A stretch of DNA of 64,000 nucleotides from Zygnema circumcarinatum SAG 698-1b (GCA_037447605.1 CM074806.1:4154001-4218000); one strand, 5' to 3'; shown: positions 43,604 through 54,817, counted from the first letter of the stretch. The notes: generated by a model from the letters alone, not told the origin. A program made the numbers and translations.

Positions 43604-44681
43604 GGCTTGACGCGGAGGGAGAACTTTGGCGCAGACTTTTGCAGAAGGAACAAACGAAAAGAGGAGTAAGAGATAGGCCAATGCGACTGCTCTTCAGATA
43701 AGCGAAGGCGAAGCTCACATGCCTTGCATGCATGGAGGCAAGCATGGCATGTTCGTACGCCTATGCTGTAACGAGAGGCAGGGACGATGTTCTAAAACAA
43801 TGTGACTCATGAGAAATTTAGGCATTAAACTTGCACTCGAGATGTTTGTCTCAAGCTTTCAAGTGGTGATGATGTGCACTTGTCAAATGTTGGCTGGTGA
43901 CGACATTGTATTCGGCACGAGCACATGAGAGACCATGATCACCAACTCGTCGCTTACAGTATCGCGAACGAACGAAGCCGAAATGGGCCCGTTCTGGGCT
44001 GGGTTCCAAAAACTCAGTTGAGCATCTTCCAATGCTCATCCGCCACGCGCACACTTTGTACACGTGGCTCTTTTCTATTTCAGTACAGTACAGTAGGTTC
44101 GCAGGGGAGTACGGCCCCGAGAACGCGACAGTCGCCAGGAACGACCCCTGCTCTATGTTCGCAGTTCTTTCTGTCGCCGTTCAACGCTAAATCTATCGAC
44201 AAAGAAGCCACAAATCCAGTTTAACAGAACAAAATTTCCATGTTCACAAATGGCCTGTCAGTCTGACAATTGGCTTGGGAATAAATAGTTTTCGAATTCA
44301 GTACTTTCGAATCTTGAGCATACCAAACAGTTTGGGTATAAAACTGTACTCATTCGATATCCAAAGGAAGGAATTCTTGAGAAATGCCAGAACCGGAACT
44401 GTAACTTTAACTGTAACTACAATTGTCTACAGTCTCCTTGTCTGTAACAGTCGTCCCGTGTCGTTCTGTAGACGAACTAGGGAACATGGAAAGGCCGCTC
44501 GCTGGCTCTCCCGCGTCCCCTCTTTTAGGGTTTCTCCTCTTCTCGCAGAAGGCAGGGAGTGCTGAGCGCAGGGCAGGGCCGGGCCGGGCAGGGCAGCAAC
44601 CCTCCATTGTTTGGCTCCTCTCCCTCTCTTCCTCTCTCTGTCCCTCTCCTTCTCCCTCTTGAGTCCCTCCCCCTTTCAGCC

Positions 44682-46209
44682 ATGGCCCTCCTTCCAAAAG
44701 CAGCCAAGCTTTCAGTCGCGGCTGCGATGCCCCTCTCGCAGCGCCTCGCCACCGCTCTTGCTCCCTCTCCCTCTCTCTCCCCCGTTCCCTCTCCCTCTCT
44801 CCCTCTCTCTCAGCAGACGCGCGCCGCCTCTTCCGCTGCGGACTTTGTGATCGCGAAGGTGGACGACCTCATGAACTGGGCCCGCACGGGCTCCATGTGG
44901 CCCATGACCTTCGGCCTCGCGTGCTGCGCCGTGGAGATGATGCATGCAGGCGCTGCGCGCTACGATCTGGATCGTTTTGGCATTATTTTTCGGCCGAGTC
45001 CGAGGCAGTCCGATGTCATGATCGTCGCAGGGACGCTCACGAACAAGATGGCTCCGGCGCTTCGCAAGTAAGTGGCATTTCTTTCCTGGCAAACGTTTTG
45101 AGGTTTGACGTTTTGAGGTTTTTTAGGGTTGGAGAGAGTGGATGGTCCTGGGGAGTCGGTTTCGTGGGTGATAGAGGTTTGCTTTTGAAGACTGTGTATT
45201 GGTGGTTTCTGGATGAGGAGGAAGGGAGGTCGAGGAGTAGGGATTGCTTGCTTGAAGGGAAGGGGGAGCAGTGTTTTCTATCCCTGTGGAAGAGTTGAGT
45301 TTCAGTGGGACATTGATGAGCTGGATACACACGTAAGTGTGTATTGTGATTTTTTGCTCTTGCTTATAATTGTACGTCAGCTACTGAACATGCAGACAGG
45401 GAGACAGCCTGCCAAGTGGATTTTGGTTTTGTGCAGTAGTCAGTTTCACTTTTTCTAGTTTTTCTTTACGTGTTTATCAAATGAAATACGCGAGTTCTTC
45501 TGGAAAAGTCTTAACTTTAGAGCCTACTTGGATTCTAAAAGTGCGTCCCGGAAAGAGGAAACATTGGTAAGAAGTGCTTACGTTTTGCAGGTCGTCGTAT
45601 TCGTCAACGCAGGCAGGCAGGCTGCAGGATGTTTTTTTGAATCTGTACTAAGACTTATTTGAACCTATGGATACATACTTGAAAAAGTTAGCCAGTGCAA
45701 GAAGAGCGGCGTCAGAAAGAAGAGTGGGATGGGTTGAAGAGGGAGAGAGATGGGAATCCAGAGAACGAGAGGAGGAAGAGCGTGTGGGGAGCGAGATGGA
45801 ATGGTAGGATGTGAGTAACCAGAGGGGACAAGCAGGGAAGGAAAGGAGACAGAAGGAGTGCATCCTAAGCTTGTCCTGTTTCCACCTAAGCTAATCACAA
45901 TCCTTCTCTATTTCTCCAAATATTCTTTATGTTTGCTAACCTTTTCATTTTTTTTACTTTCTCAAACATCGCAGGGTGTATGATCAGATGCCTGAGCCCA
46001 GGTGGGTGGTTTCCATGGGGAGCTGCGCGAATGGGGGTGGCTACTATCACTACTCCTATTCAGTTGTGCGAGGATGTGATCGGATCGTTCCAGTCGACAT
46101 CTATGTCCCCGGCTGCCCTCCCACAGCAGAGGCTCTTCTTTATGGCCTTCTGCAGCTTCAGAAGAAGATCAACCGCAGGAAGGATGTGACAGTGTGGTGG
46201 AATAAGTAG
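44682..46209 (+). CDS. NDUFS7: Complex I PSST subunit (NADH:ubiquinone oxidoreductase 20 kDa)
   Basis: Exons 44682-45067 (transit-like N-terminus, [19 protein letters not shown]) and 45975-46209 ([22 protein letters not shown]). Confidence 0.97.
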
Positions 46210-47048
46210 ATTGGGCGCTCCTTTTCGCGAAAGAAGGAAAACGGGATTCGTTGAAGTGGAAGGAGCAAGTCTTAGTATTATCAGCAAAGGATGCTGAAAT
46301 TTGACCATTGTCTGACTTAGGTCGTTGTATATTTGGCTGCACTTAGGGCAGGGCAGTGTACATTTATTGAAATGATGGCCCATATCTTCATCGGAATTGA
46401 ACTTACATGTAGTGATGTTGTGAGAAGTGCCTATCCTCCTTTAGGATGGAAGCTACGATAAACATGATGCGAATGTGATAAGGCAAAGAAAGAATACCCC
46501 TAACGAGCCTCGTCCATGAGAAGGAGTCAAAAGCGACACACCTTGTTGGAAATATATCAACTTGCAAACATTCCATCGAATGGGTTCGTGCATTTGAAAG
46601 GTTACATGACATTTGTCAAGACCAGATCTTCATCCTACCCGAAGAACAGGTGTTTCTCTCACTACTGTCCTGAAGGGCTGTTTTAAGCCTTCCTACATAA
46701 AGTCACAAGCTGGAGAAAATGAAAGAATTATGTACAAAACCAAATAATTAACAAAATAGCCGAGCTCACTCCCCCAATGCATGCACGAGATCCATTGACG
46801 ACAATGGCACATGAAACGAACTGATGAATGCGATTAGAAAAGTCGACAGCACGAACTCGCAAATGGCGAGTAGGGCGTGGAGGAGCTTCTTTGACAATTT
46901 AAAAAAAAAAAAAAAAACAAAGCAAAAAAAATCCTCCCATTCAAAAAGGGAGGCTGAGCTACACGCGTTTCCAGTCGCTCTGCCCCCCCTCTCTGCCTCT
47001 CCCTCTCCAACGTACACAGAGACCCGTTACGGCCCACAAAGAAACTGC

Positions 47049-48824
47049 TTATAAATTGTCCCCATGAAGGCTGGGGTTCCACATCCGGCGCCCTATCCCC
47101 CTGCTAGTGTCCCGGCAAGACATGAGATAGGACGGATCGGGTTCTAAGACTGGCGTCAACTCATTCTCTCCCGTCACCTCTGCTGCACATTTCCGGTCAT
47201 GGGGTGGAAAGTGATAGCAGGGTTCGCCCGACTCGACCCTCGCACATGCTGGCTTTCCATGGGCGTTTCTTTTCCCAACTGTGGCGTAAATGTCTACAAG
47301 ATAGGGAGGCCTGCCTTGCAAGCCGGCAGCAACATAACCAAATGTGGAAAAGAAAGTTGTGAAGAGGGCATCACAGAAGCTGAGGAGGAAGATTTCTGTC
47401 AGAGCCTGCTCATCTGCTTCCAGAAGATGAATTTCCACCAGAGCAGTGCTGAAAGATAACACATTCACTACGGTTCCATCCACTGCAACTCCGCCATCGT
47501 AAAACTCCTTGAATTCGGTTATATGATGTGGATGAAGTGAGGTTACTAACAGTGCCACCTTCTCCGCATTCGTGTTCTTTACAACTTTGTCCAAAACATC
47601 TCTATCCTCATCACGCCATTTGAATTGCGGATGCCCGGACCGATAGCCACTCCAAAGGTTATTCCACTTGTCCGAGGGAATTGGATGAGGAAGTACGGTA
47701 CTAACATTTACGAGGCAATACCGAGCATAACCGGTCGAGACATTGTGGTCAGCACTTGCTCTCATCTGGAGGCCGACCCGCCTGTCCGCATGCATCATAT
47801 TGTTCTCGTAGAGCCTGCTTATCCTTTCCCAAACGTAATTATTAGGGTTAATAAGGTAGTGAGCCAAGTGGAAGAACGGTGCTCGGTCAGGAAAAAGCTG
47901 ATCGAATTCCTGCTGGAAGCTGGAGATAAGGCACAGCCCGGGAACGAAGAACTGATCTGAAAGCATAATCAGAACCTGCACACTGCTCAGCACCTCCTGC
48001 ACTTTGTCGCAGAAGAAATTCTGCGAAGAATGAGTGTACATGAACGCTAGATCCAGGAACACAGAAATTTCCTTCTTCTCCTTCGCCTTCTTATTCTCTT
48101 TCACCTCCTCCTCCTCCTCGTCCTCCACTTTCTCCACCTCCCCCGCCTTCGCCATTAGGTTATCCAGAAACGGTCCATCCTGCGCCACTCGGCGCATTTC
48201 CTCCTCCGCGCTGTCCGGCAAGTGCCAGGTTCCATGAGGAAAAGGATCACAGAGTAAGCGAAGAAATCCAGAATCGAACACCAACAGAGCCCTGTCTGTG
48301 AGAAGAGCGTAGAGGAAAGCGGAGACTACAGACTCCACCCTGTTCCCTAAGCCCGAACTCTGCGGCTTAAATATGACGTATTGGCATGTGGCATCGGGCG
48401 GAGCCGTCTCTCCTCTAATCAAAGCCGTCCAGTTATTCACAGAGGCCGTACATTGCTTCATCCTTTCTTCAAACTGGCGAAGCCTCTCTTGCAGGACAAC
48501 ATGCCCCCCCGCCACCTCCAGACCTTCAGGAGGAGGAGAGAAGCAGTCGCGCTCTTGCCGCGCCCAGCAGGCGCCATCGCTGGTAGAGCGCTGGGAGACG
48601 CGCGTCTCTCGGGAGCAGGAGGATCCGGAGCGGGAGGGGAGAGGCGGAGATGCGGAGGGAGGAGGAGAAGTGGTGCAGTTAGCTGTAGGGCGCAGCCATG
48701 GTGCCTCTAGAAATAGAAAAAGAAGCACTGAGAGCGTAAGTGCTAGAAGAATAAGCTGAAGCGGTGGGAGAGAAAGAGCCTTCGGCCATGGCCGGCCCGT
48801 TAAGGAGCTCCGGCCGAGCTGCAT
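47049..48824 (-). CDS. GT37 alpha-1,2-fucosyltransferase (xyloglucan/AGP FUT family), intronless, paralog A
   Basis: Type-II TM anchor LILLALTLSVLLFLFL, CQYV..SGLGNRVESVVSAFLYALLTDRALLV, RVGLQMR, STFGYVAAGL, EPCYHFPP. Start placed at ATG 48824 (alternative 48929). Confidence 0.92.
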   Translation of the reverse strand: MQLGRSSLTGRPWPKALSLPPLQLILLALTLSVLLFLFLEAPWLRPTANCTTSPPPSASPPLPSRSGSSCSRETRVSQRSTSDGACWARQERDCFSPPPEGLEVAGGHVVLQERLRQFEERMKQCTASVNNWTALIRGETAPPDATCQYVIFKPQSSGLGNRVESVVSAFLYALLTDRALLVFDSGFLRLLCDPFPHGTWHLPDSAEEEMRRVAQDGPFLDNLMAKAGEVEKVEDEEEEEVKENKKAKEKKEISVFLDLAFMYTHSSQNFFCDKVQEVLSSVQVLIMLSDQFFVPGLCLISSFQQEFDQLFPDRAPFFHLAHYLINPNNYVWERISRLYENNMMHADRRVGLQMRASADHNVSTGYARYCLVNVSTVLPHPIPSDKWNNLWSGYRSGHPQFKWRDEDRDVLDKVVKNTNAEKVALLVTSLHPHHITEFKEFYDGGVAVDGTVVNVLSFSTALVEIHLLEADEQALTEIFLLSFCDALFTTFFSTFGYVAAGLQGRPPYLVDIYATVGKRNAHGKPACARVESGEPCYHFPPHDRKCAAEVTGENELTPVLEPDPSYLMSCRDTSRGIGRRMWNPSLHGDNL

Positions 48825-49524
48825 GGAGGGAGAGGGAGGGAGGGAGAGGAGAGGGAGCCACGGGGAGGGAGGGAGAATGTTGGAGGCGAGGAACAGGGTG
48901 GGATTCTTGCGAGCCTGTCTACGCTCCATGTCGACGCTGTTGTGTTCAGCGTGAAAAGACACTGGGAGCAGGACAAAACTGTCAAAACCAGTTTTCCGTA
49001 CGACAGAAGAAAAATGGAGAATTGTACGGCTGTAGGTGATCGTACGAAGAGGAGATCGTGCCATGGAGAAATTCCGGTTAAAGTTTAAATCTAGTACATT
49101 CCAATTTCATTTTTGATATAATATATGTTTTGCGCAATATACGTCTTCTTCTTAACGAAGCCCAAGTGACGCGTGTACGGCCGTGAGCCTGCCCGCGATC
49201 TGCTCCGATTCAGGGCGGAGCAGATATTCCCGTGACATGACGCGACGTGACGTGATGTAACGTGTCGTCACGCGGTCGGTCGACAATTCTGATCTGAGAG
49301 CCGTGCCGTGAGAGCTGTGCCCTACTGCCCTGCCATTCCACCATGGGTCCACTGATGAACTCGGTTTGGTACAATCATGATCCCGCCCGCCCGAGCATCC
49401 ACCATCAGAAGCATCATCATCATCATAAATTCAAGTCTAAGTTCTAAGATTTATTTGAAATTGTCTGTACTTCAGATGCTTCTTATACAGATACATATAT
49501 ATATATTTTTTTATTCCTATTACA

Positions 49525-50040
49525 GTTGTCCCTCCTAAGTCCTCCTCCACCCAAGACTAAGGGCAAGATCCCTCGCAATATTAAGAACAATTCTACGAGA
49601 GACATAGAGGTGGTAGCCCAAGCTACTTCAAATACAATAGAAGAGGAACCATTTCCCTTTGGGAAGAGAAGAGGCATTGAGCCTCTCCTTTGCCATCTGA
49701 TTTGTACAAAACGAAGGAAGAAAAGATAAAACTGCATGAATCTCACGCAAGCTTTGAGATTATGGAAGAGATCAAGCAAACCTGGTGGAGGAAAATCAAG
49801 GCTCAAAGTTAAAGTGAAAGAGCTGACATGTGCAATTTGAAGTAAAAAGGCTCAAAAAATCACTCGAGGATCAAGAAATGCCTCTTTTTCATAACTAGAA
49901 AAAGATTGTGGAGAAGAAATTGGAAAAATTTCGTACAAAAGTGTTGATGTAGCTCCTCTTGTTGAAGCTTGCAATTCCCTAGTCCAAGAAAGTTGGGCCA
50001 CTTGCCCCTTCCATGGCAATTTAATGGACGATGGGGATGA
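49525..50040 (+). pseudogene. Possible decayed coding remnant (coiled-coil-like) of unknown origin
   Basis: One frame reads ..NLVEENQ..HVQFEVKRLKKSLEDQEMPLFHN*KKIVEKKLEKFRTKVLM*LLLLKLAIP*, protein-like but interrupted by stops. Confidence 0.25.
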
Positions 50041-51058
50041 CGAAAGAGAGAGAGAGAGAGAGGCGAGGGAAAGCGAGAGGGTGACGGAAAGAGAGTGGGA
50101 AAGAGGGTTTTTGCAAAAAACCTTTCTCGCACCTCGTCCTTGATCCACTCGTGAAGGATCACTTACGTCTGTCAATGGATTCAAACGAATCGTCTCCTTC
50201 TTCAGACTCGTGAACACCCTGATGCTTGCTGGTCCTCCAAGGAGGCACTGACTTCTGCTTCAGACCTAAAGAAAAAAACGCGAAAGAAAGAGCAATCAGC
50301 AAATGTTTTCACCTTCCGCAAATGAGGGAATCCTCAACAGTACCAAAGTCTGACTGAGCTTGCTTCCAAACCAATGGCAGAAAGAAAAAATCTGCAAGGT
50401 CAAGCAAGGGAACGAGCATACATGGCGACATCTTCCTGGAAATGCTCATTGCTGCCTGCATGCCTGCTCTGCCTGCATGCCTGCTCTGCGCCTTCGGTGC
50501 TCGCAGGCTCTGAGAGCAGCCTCCCTCGTCCTATCCCTCACCCTCGCCCTCGCTCTCGCCCTCACTCTCGCCCTCGCCCTCGCCCGCCTCCCTCGCAGCA
50601 GCGGCAGCAAAAGCAACAGCAGCAACGTCTTGCAAAGCAAATATATCCTTTGGCGCGGAAACGAGCGCCGGTTTCCGCGACCTCGGCGGGTTCATTTTTT
50701 GAATTTTTTCGCGCGCCCAAGCGGTTGAAGAGGCAGGCGACGCCGACAGTGGCCGGTCCCTTCCAATGAAAAAACGCCACGCTTCTGTATGAACTCGATA
50801 CGTGTCGACACTCCTTCCAAGGGGGCGAAGGGTTCGCTTTGACTGCGAACTACATGTCGAGCACCTGTCGCAGGTCGGACCAACCGTTGGATCAACCATT
50901 ACCGTACGAAACGCTTGAGAACCATTCACGACCTAGCCAACCATTGTCAAGGGTCCAACCATTGCCAATGGTTCCAACCATTGGTCGGCGAACCATCTCC
51001 ATTGGTTCCTACTATGGGTCGGCTAATCACTGCCATTGTTTCAACGGTATAAAACTTT

Positions 51059-51930
51059 CACAGTTCGGACCAGTGGATCGGCAACCATTGGACAACCATT
51101 GGATGGCAATGGTTGGACGTCTACTGGTCGGCAACCAGTCGAATGGTTGTTGGCAACCAGTCGACTGGTTCGGAACCAGTGGATGCCACTGGTTGGCAAC
51201 CAGTCGAATGGTTGTTTCGATCCGGCGGCACTGGTTGGCAACCAGTCGACTGGTTGTGAACCAGTGGCATCCACTGGTTGGCAACCAGTCGAATGGTTGT
51301 TTCGATCCGGCAGCACTGGTTGGCAACCAGTCGAATGGTTATATCCATTAAATCAAATGGTTGGCAACCATTAAATTGTCGGTGTACGGATCCCCGTATT
51401 GTCGATATACTGTAAATATTTTCCGTACGATTTTCCGGCAATTTAAAAAAAAATGCCGGAAAATCGTACGGAAAATATTTACAGTATATCGACAATACGG
51501 GGATCCGTACACCGACAATTTAATGGTTGCCAACCATTGGATCACTGGTTCCGAACCAGTCGAATGGTTGTTTCAGTCCTGCGCCACTGGTTCGCAACCA
51601 GTCGACTGGTTTCCAACCAGTGGATGCCACTGGTTGGCAACCAGTCGAATGGTTGTTTCGGTCCGCAACCACTGGTTGGCAACCAGTCGACTGGTTTGGA
51701 ACCAGTGGATGCCACTGGTTGGCAACCAGTCGAATGGTTGTTTCGATCCGCAACCACTGGTTGGCAACCAGTCGAATGGTTTGGAACCAGTGGATGCCAC
51801 TGGTTGGCAACCAGTCGACTGGTTGCGAACCAGTGGCATCCACTGGTTGGCAACCAGTCGAATGGTTGTTTCGGTCCGCAACCACTGGTTGCCAACCAGT
51901 CGACTGGTTTGTCTAATGGTCCGATCTGTG
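51059..51930. mobile_element. 872-bp non-autonomous DNA transposon with foldback-like internal structure
   Basis: Ends CACAGTTCGGACCA / TGGTCCGATCTGTG (13/14 inverted match). 8-bp direct repeat AAAACTTT at 51051-51058 and 51931-51938. Interior holds arrays of ACTGGTT-N3-AACCAGT and a central hairpin. Confidence 0.8.
51356..51538. repeat. Perfect 85-bp inverted repeat with 13-nt loop
   Basis: 51356-51440 is the exact reverse complement of 51454-51538. Loop is atttaaaaaaaaa. Confidence 0.97.
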
Positions 51931-52096
51931 AAAACTTTCATTGAACTCGCGATGGCGAGGCCATCAAATGTACATGGACAAAGGCAAAATGTGGAACCAC
52001 GAAGGACTGGTCACAAAGGACCGATTTCAACCATTGAATTACCAACCATTGCCATTCATCCAATGGGTAATCCACGTTCCGGGCGGGGATGTCGAG

Positions 52097-52118
52097 TTAG
52101 GGTTAGGGTTAGGGTTAG
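52097..52118 (+). repeat. (TTAGGG)x3.7 telomere-type repeat
   Basis: ttagggttagggttagggttag, about 30 nt upstream of the GT37-B ATG. Confidence 0.85.
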
Positions 52119-52146
52119 AGGGAGGGCCGGGGCGGGGCAGGCAGCC

Positions 52147-53907
52147 ATGCCGTCGCCCTTCCCCGAGCAGTCCCACCTGCGCCCATCGCGCACCACGCCG
52201 ACCAGTCTGCCGCGACCATGGCTGCGCACACCCGGTGGAAATCTTTCCGCTCACCCGGTAACGGCTGGGCTCTTCATGCTGCCCGCCCTCTATTTGCTCT
52301 TCCTCGCCGTTTCCTCGCTCCAGGCGCCATGGCTGCTCTCCGCAAACACCTCCATTACGTCGATTCCCTCTCCATACTCAAAGGAGATCTTTTCTCGCCC
52401 TGGCTGCTCCCTGAAGGAACGTGTTGTGCAGCGCGCGCGCCTCCATGGCAGCTGCTGGGCAAAGCGTGAGCGCGACTGCTTCTCTCCTCCGCCGCAGGGC
52501 CCAGCCATGGGGGACGGAAGCTCTCTCCTGAAAGAGAAGCTGCGGCAATACGAGACCAGGCAGCGGCGGTGCACGGCCTCCGTGAAGGACTGGGCGGCGC
52601 TGATCGCAGGAGAGGAGGCTCCTCCTGACGCCACGTGTCAGTACGTGATAGGGCACCCTCAGAGCCAGGGCATTGGGAACCGCCTGGAGTCCGTGGTGTC
52701 CATCTTCCTCTACGCGCTGCTCACCGAGAGGACCCTCTTAGTGCACGACTCGGAGTTTCTGCGCCTCCTCTGCGACCCCTTCCCCAACGCCACGTGGCGC
52801 CTGCCTGAGAGCGCGGAGCAGAAGGTGCAGGAAATGGTGCAGCAAGGCCCACACTTTGACAATTTTTATAGCGGCGGAGAGGGTGGGAATGCAAGCCAAA
52901 GTGTGAATCATATTTTCGTGGATCTGGCATATATTTATAGCCATGGCGGACAGAATGTCTACTGCGATAACGCGCAGGAGGCGCTGAAAAGAGTTCAGTC
53001 TCTGCTTCTGCGCTCGGAGCAGTTCTTTGCTCCCGGTCTGTTCCTTATTCCGAGCTTTCGAGGTGAGCTCGAAGGGCTTTTCCCCGACCGAGCGCCTTTC
53101 TTCCATTTGGCACGCTACATTGTGAACCCGAATAACCAGCTGTGGGAGAAGATAGTTAGGCTCTACGAAAGCGAAATGATGCACGTGAATCGGCGGGTAG
53201 GTGTACAGATAAGGCAATGGGCTAGCCGCGACAAAGACGTGAAGATTGATTTCATGATGCATTGTATTACAAATATTACAAAAGTTCTCCCTCCGCCTAT
53301 CTCTTCGGAGGAGTGGAGTCGACTCTGGAGGGGGGAGCAGTCGGGCGATTTGCAGTTCAAGTGGACGGATGAGGACAGAGCTCGCATAGAGAGGGTTATC
53401 ATAAACGAAAATCCAGAACGAGTGTTGTTGCTGGTTACTTCTCTGCAACCGCATCATCCGGCAAATTTCCGGAAGCATTACCGGGATGGAGTTGCAGAAG
53501 ACGGGAGCATAGTCACTGTGCTCTCTCTCAGCAGTGACCAACAGGAGAGCCATTATCTTTCAACTGACGAGGAAGCGTTGACAGAGATCTTTCTTCTTAG
53601 TTTTTGCGATGTTCTGTTTACGACCTTCTTTTCCACGTTCGGATATGCAGCTGCTGGATTGCAAGGCAGGCCTCAGTACCTTGTGGATGTGTACGCCACA
53701 GTGGGGCAAGACATTGTAAACGGTCAGCCTGCCTGTGCGCGAGTCGAGTCAGGAGAGCCGTGCTTTCACTACCCCCCTCATGAGAGAAGCTGCGGGGCAG
53801 GTGTGCCAGACACAAGCATTGACCCGCCATATCTCCTGCCGTGCCGTGACACGGAAAATGGCAGAGGACGCCGAATGTGGAACCCAGAGGTTCTCTCCGG
53901 CGTGTGA
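52147..53907 (+). CDS. GT37 alpha-1,2-fucosyltransferase, intronless, paralog B
   Basis: TM anchor LFMLPALYLLFLAV, CQYV..QGIGNRLESVVSIFLYALLTERTLLV, RVGVQIR, STFGYAAAGL, EPCFHYPP. Collinear with paralog A. Confidence 0.92.
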   Translation: MPSPFPEQSHLRPSRTTPTSLPRPWLRTPGGNLSAHPVTAGLFMLPALYLLFLAVSSLQAPWLLSANTSITSIPSPYSKEIFSRPGCSLKERVVQRARLHGSCWAKRERDCFSPPPQGPAMGDGSSLLKEKLRQYETRQRRCTASVKDWAALIAGEEAPPDATCQYVIGHPQSQGIGNRLESVVSIFLYALLTERTLLVHDSEFLRLLCDPFPNATWRLPESAEQKVQEMVQQGPHFDNFYSGGEGGNASQSVNHIFVDLAYIYSHGGQNVYCDNAQEALKRVQSLLLRSEQFFAPGLFLIPSFRGELEGLFPDRAPFFHLARYIVNPNNQLWEKIVRLYESEMMHVNRRVGVQIRQWASRDKDVKIDFMMHCITNITKVLPPPISSEEWSRLWRGEQSGDLQFKWTDEDRARIERVIINENPERVLLLVTSLQPHHPANFRKHYRDGVAEDGSIVTVLSLSSDQQESHYLSTDEEALTEIFLLSFCDVLFTTFFSTFGYAAAGLQGRPQYLVDVYATVGQDIVNGQPACARVESGEPCFHYPPHERSCGAGVPDTSIDPPYLLPCRDTENGRGRRMWNPEVLSGV

Positions 53908-54093
53908 GCAGTTTAAGTATGGAAATGGATAAGAAACATGCTTGAGGCTCGTTGGAGTTGAAGAGCTACTTGAAGAGTCTTCGAGAGTCTTCAGAAAAGA
54001 TGGGGCCGGTACACTTCTCAGGACTGGATTTTTTCCATGCCATTGCATGGCAGGTTTCACTTAGCTGTTTTTTATTGGATTGTGCATGCTAGG

Positions 54094-54238
54094 CAGTGGT
54101 GGACCTACATATACAAGTCGGGGGGGCTTACCCCCCCCCTCAGGTTTTGAAACTCAACTTTTTTTTGATTTTAGCTTATGTATTTTATGCTGAAAGAGCG
54201 TTAGCCCTCCCTTAGCAAAAAATCTTGAGTTGCCACTG
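54094..54238. mobile_element. hAT-type MITE (145 bp) with 8-bp TSD
   Basis: Ends CAGTGG...CCACTG. ATGCTAGG is duplicated exactly at 54086-54093 and 54239-54246. Confidence 0.8.
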
Positions 54239-54817
54239 ATGCTAGGGATTAGCAAACCGAAAACAGCGACCGGCAGGTAGGACCCAAGCAGTTGCCCGAT
54301 GCTCGCTGTAGTTCTCTCTTCCGAAAATGCTTCTCTGTCCGATTACTCTTTAAGAGTAACAGTTAGCCACGTTTGAGTTTTACTAGCCCATGCAATTCTT
54401 CATTGATGGTTTATATGAATTGGAGCGGTGGATGCTCAGAACAAACAAATCACAAATCACAAACCTTGTGATTCAAGGAGAAAATTTCATTGAACCTTGT
54501 GATTGGTTCACACCACTTTATATCCTCAGCCCCTCCTCCGCCTGCACACGTTCCCTTAACGGCCGAACCAACTTGTCGGGGTCAGTCTGGTGCACCGAAA
54601 TCAATTTGAGTAACCCAGTTGGGAAAATCAGATTCATTTCGTTTGCGCCTGTGAAGAGGTGTCCTGCACAGTTCGCAATGCTTTCGATGCATGCATGATG
54701 CATGACTGCATGATGCATGCATGCATGGGGTCAAACCACATCGATACATCCATCGATACTGCATTCGACCCCACCGACTGCATCGGTCGGTGCCCGTGGG
54801 CTTCGGAGGCTCTGCCT

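Noticed and set aside
51120-51910. CRISPR-like array (regular palindromic repeats)
   Set aside because: The intervening sequences are themselves repeated, with no unique 25-45-nt spacers. There are no cas genes, the context is eukaryotic, and TIR/TSD boundaries point to a transposon.
51361-52146. 262-codon in-frame N-terminal extension of GT37-B and the overlapping ORFs 51027-51944
   Set aside because: The repeat units simply lack stop codons. The collinear paralog and the TM anchor position support a start near 52147.
52738-53553. 271-aa antisense ORF; similar antisense ORFs at 33514-34029 and 44712-45092
   Set aside because: Shadows of real CDSs on the opposite strand, with no recognisable motifs.
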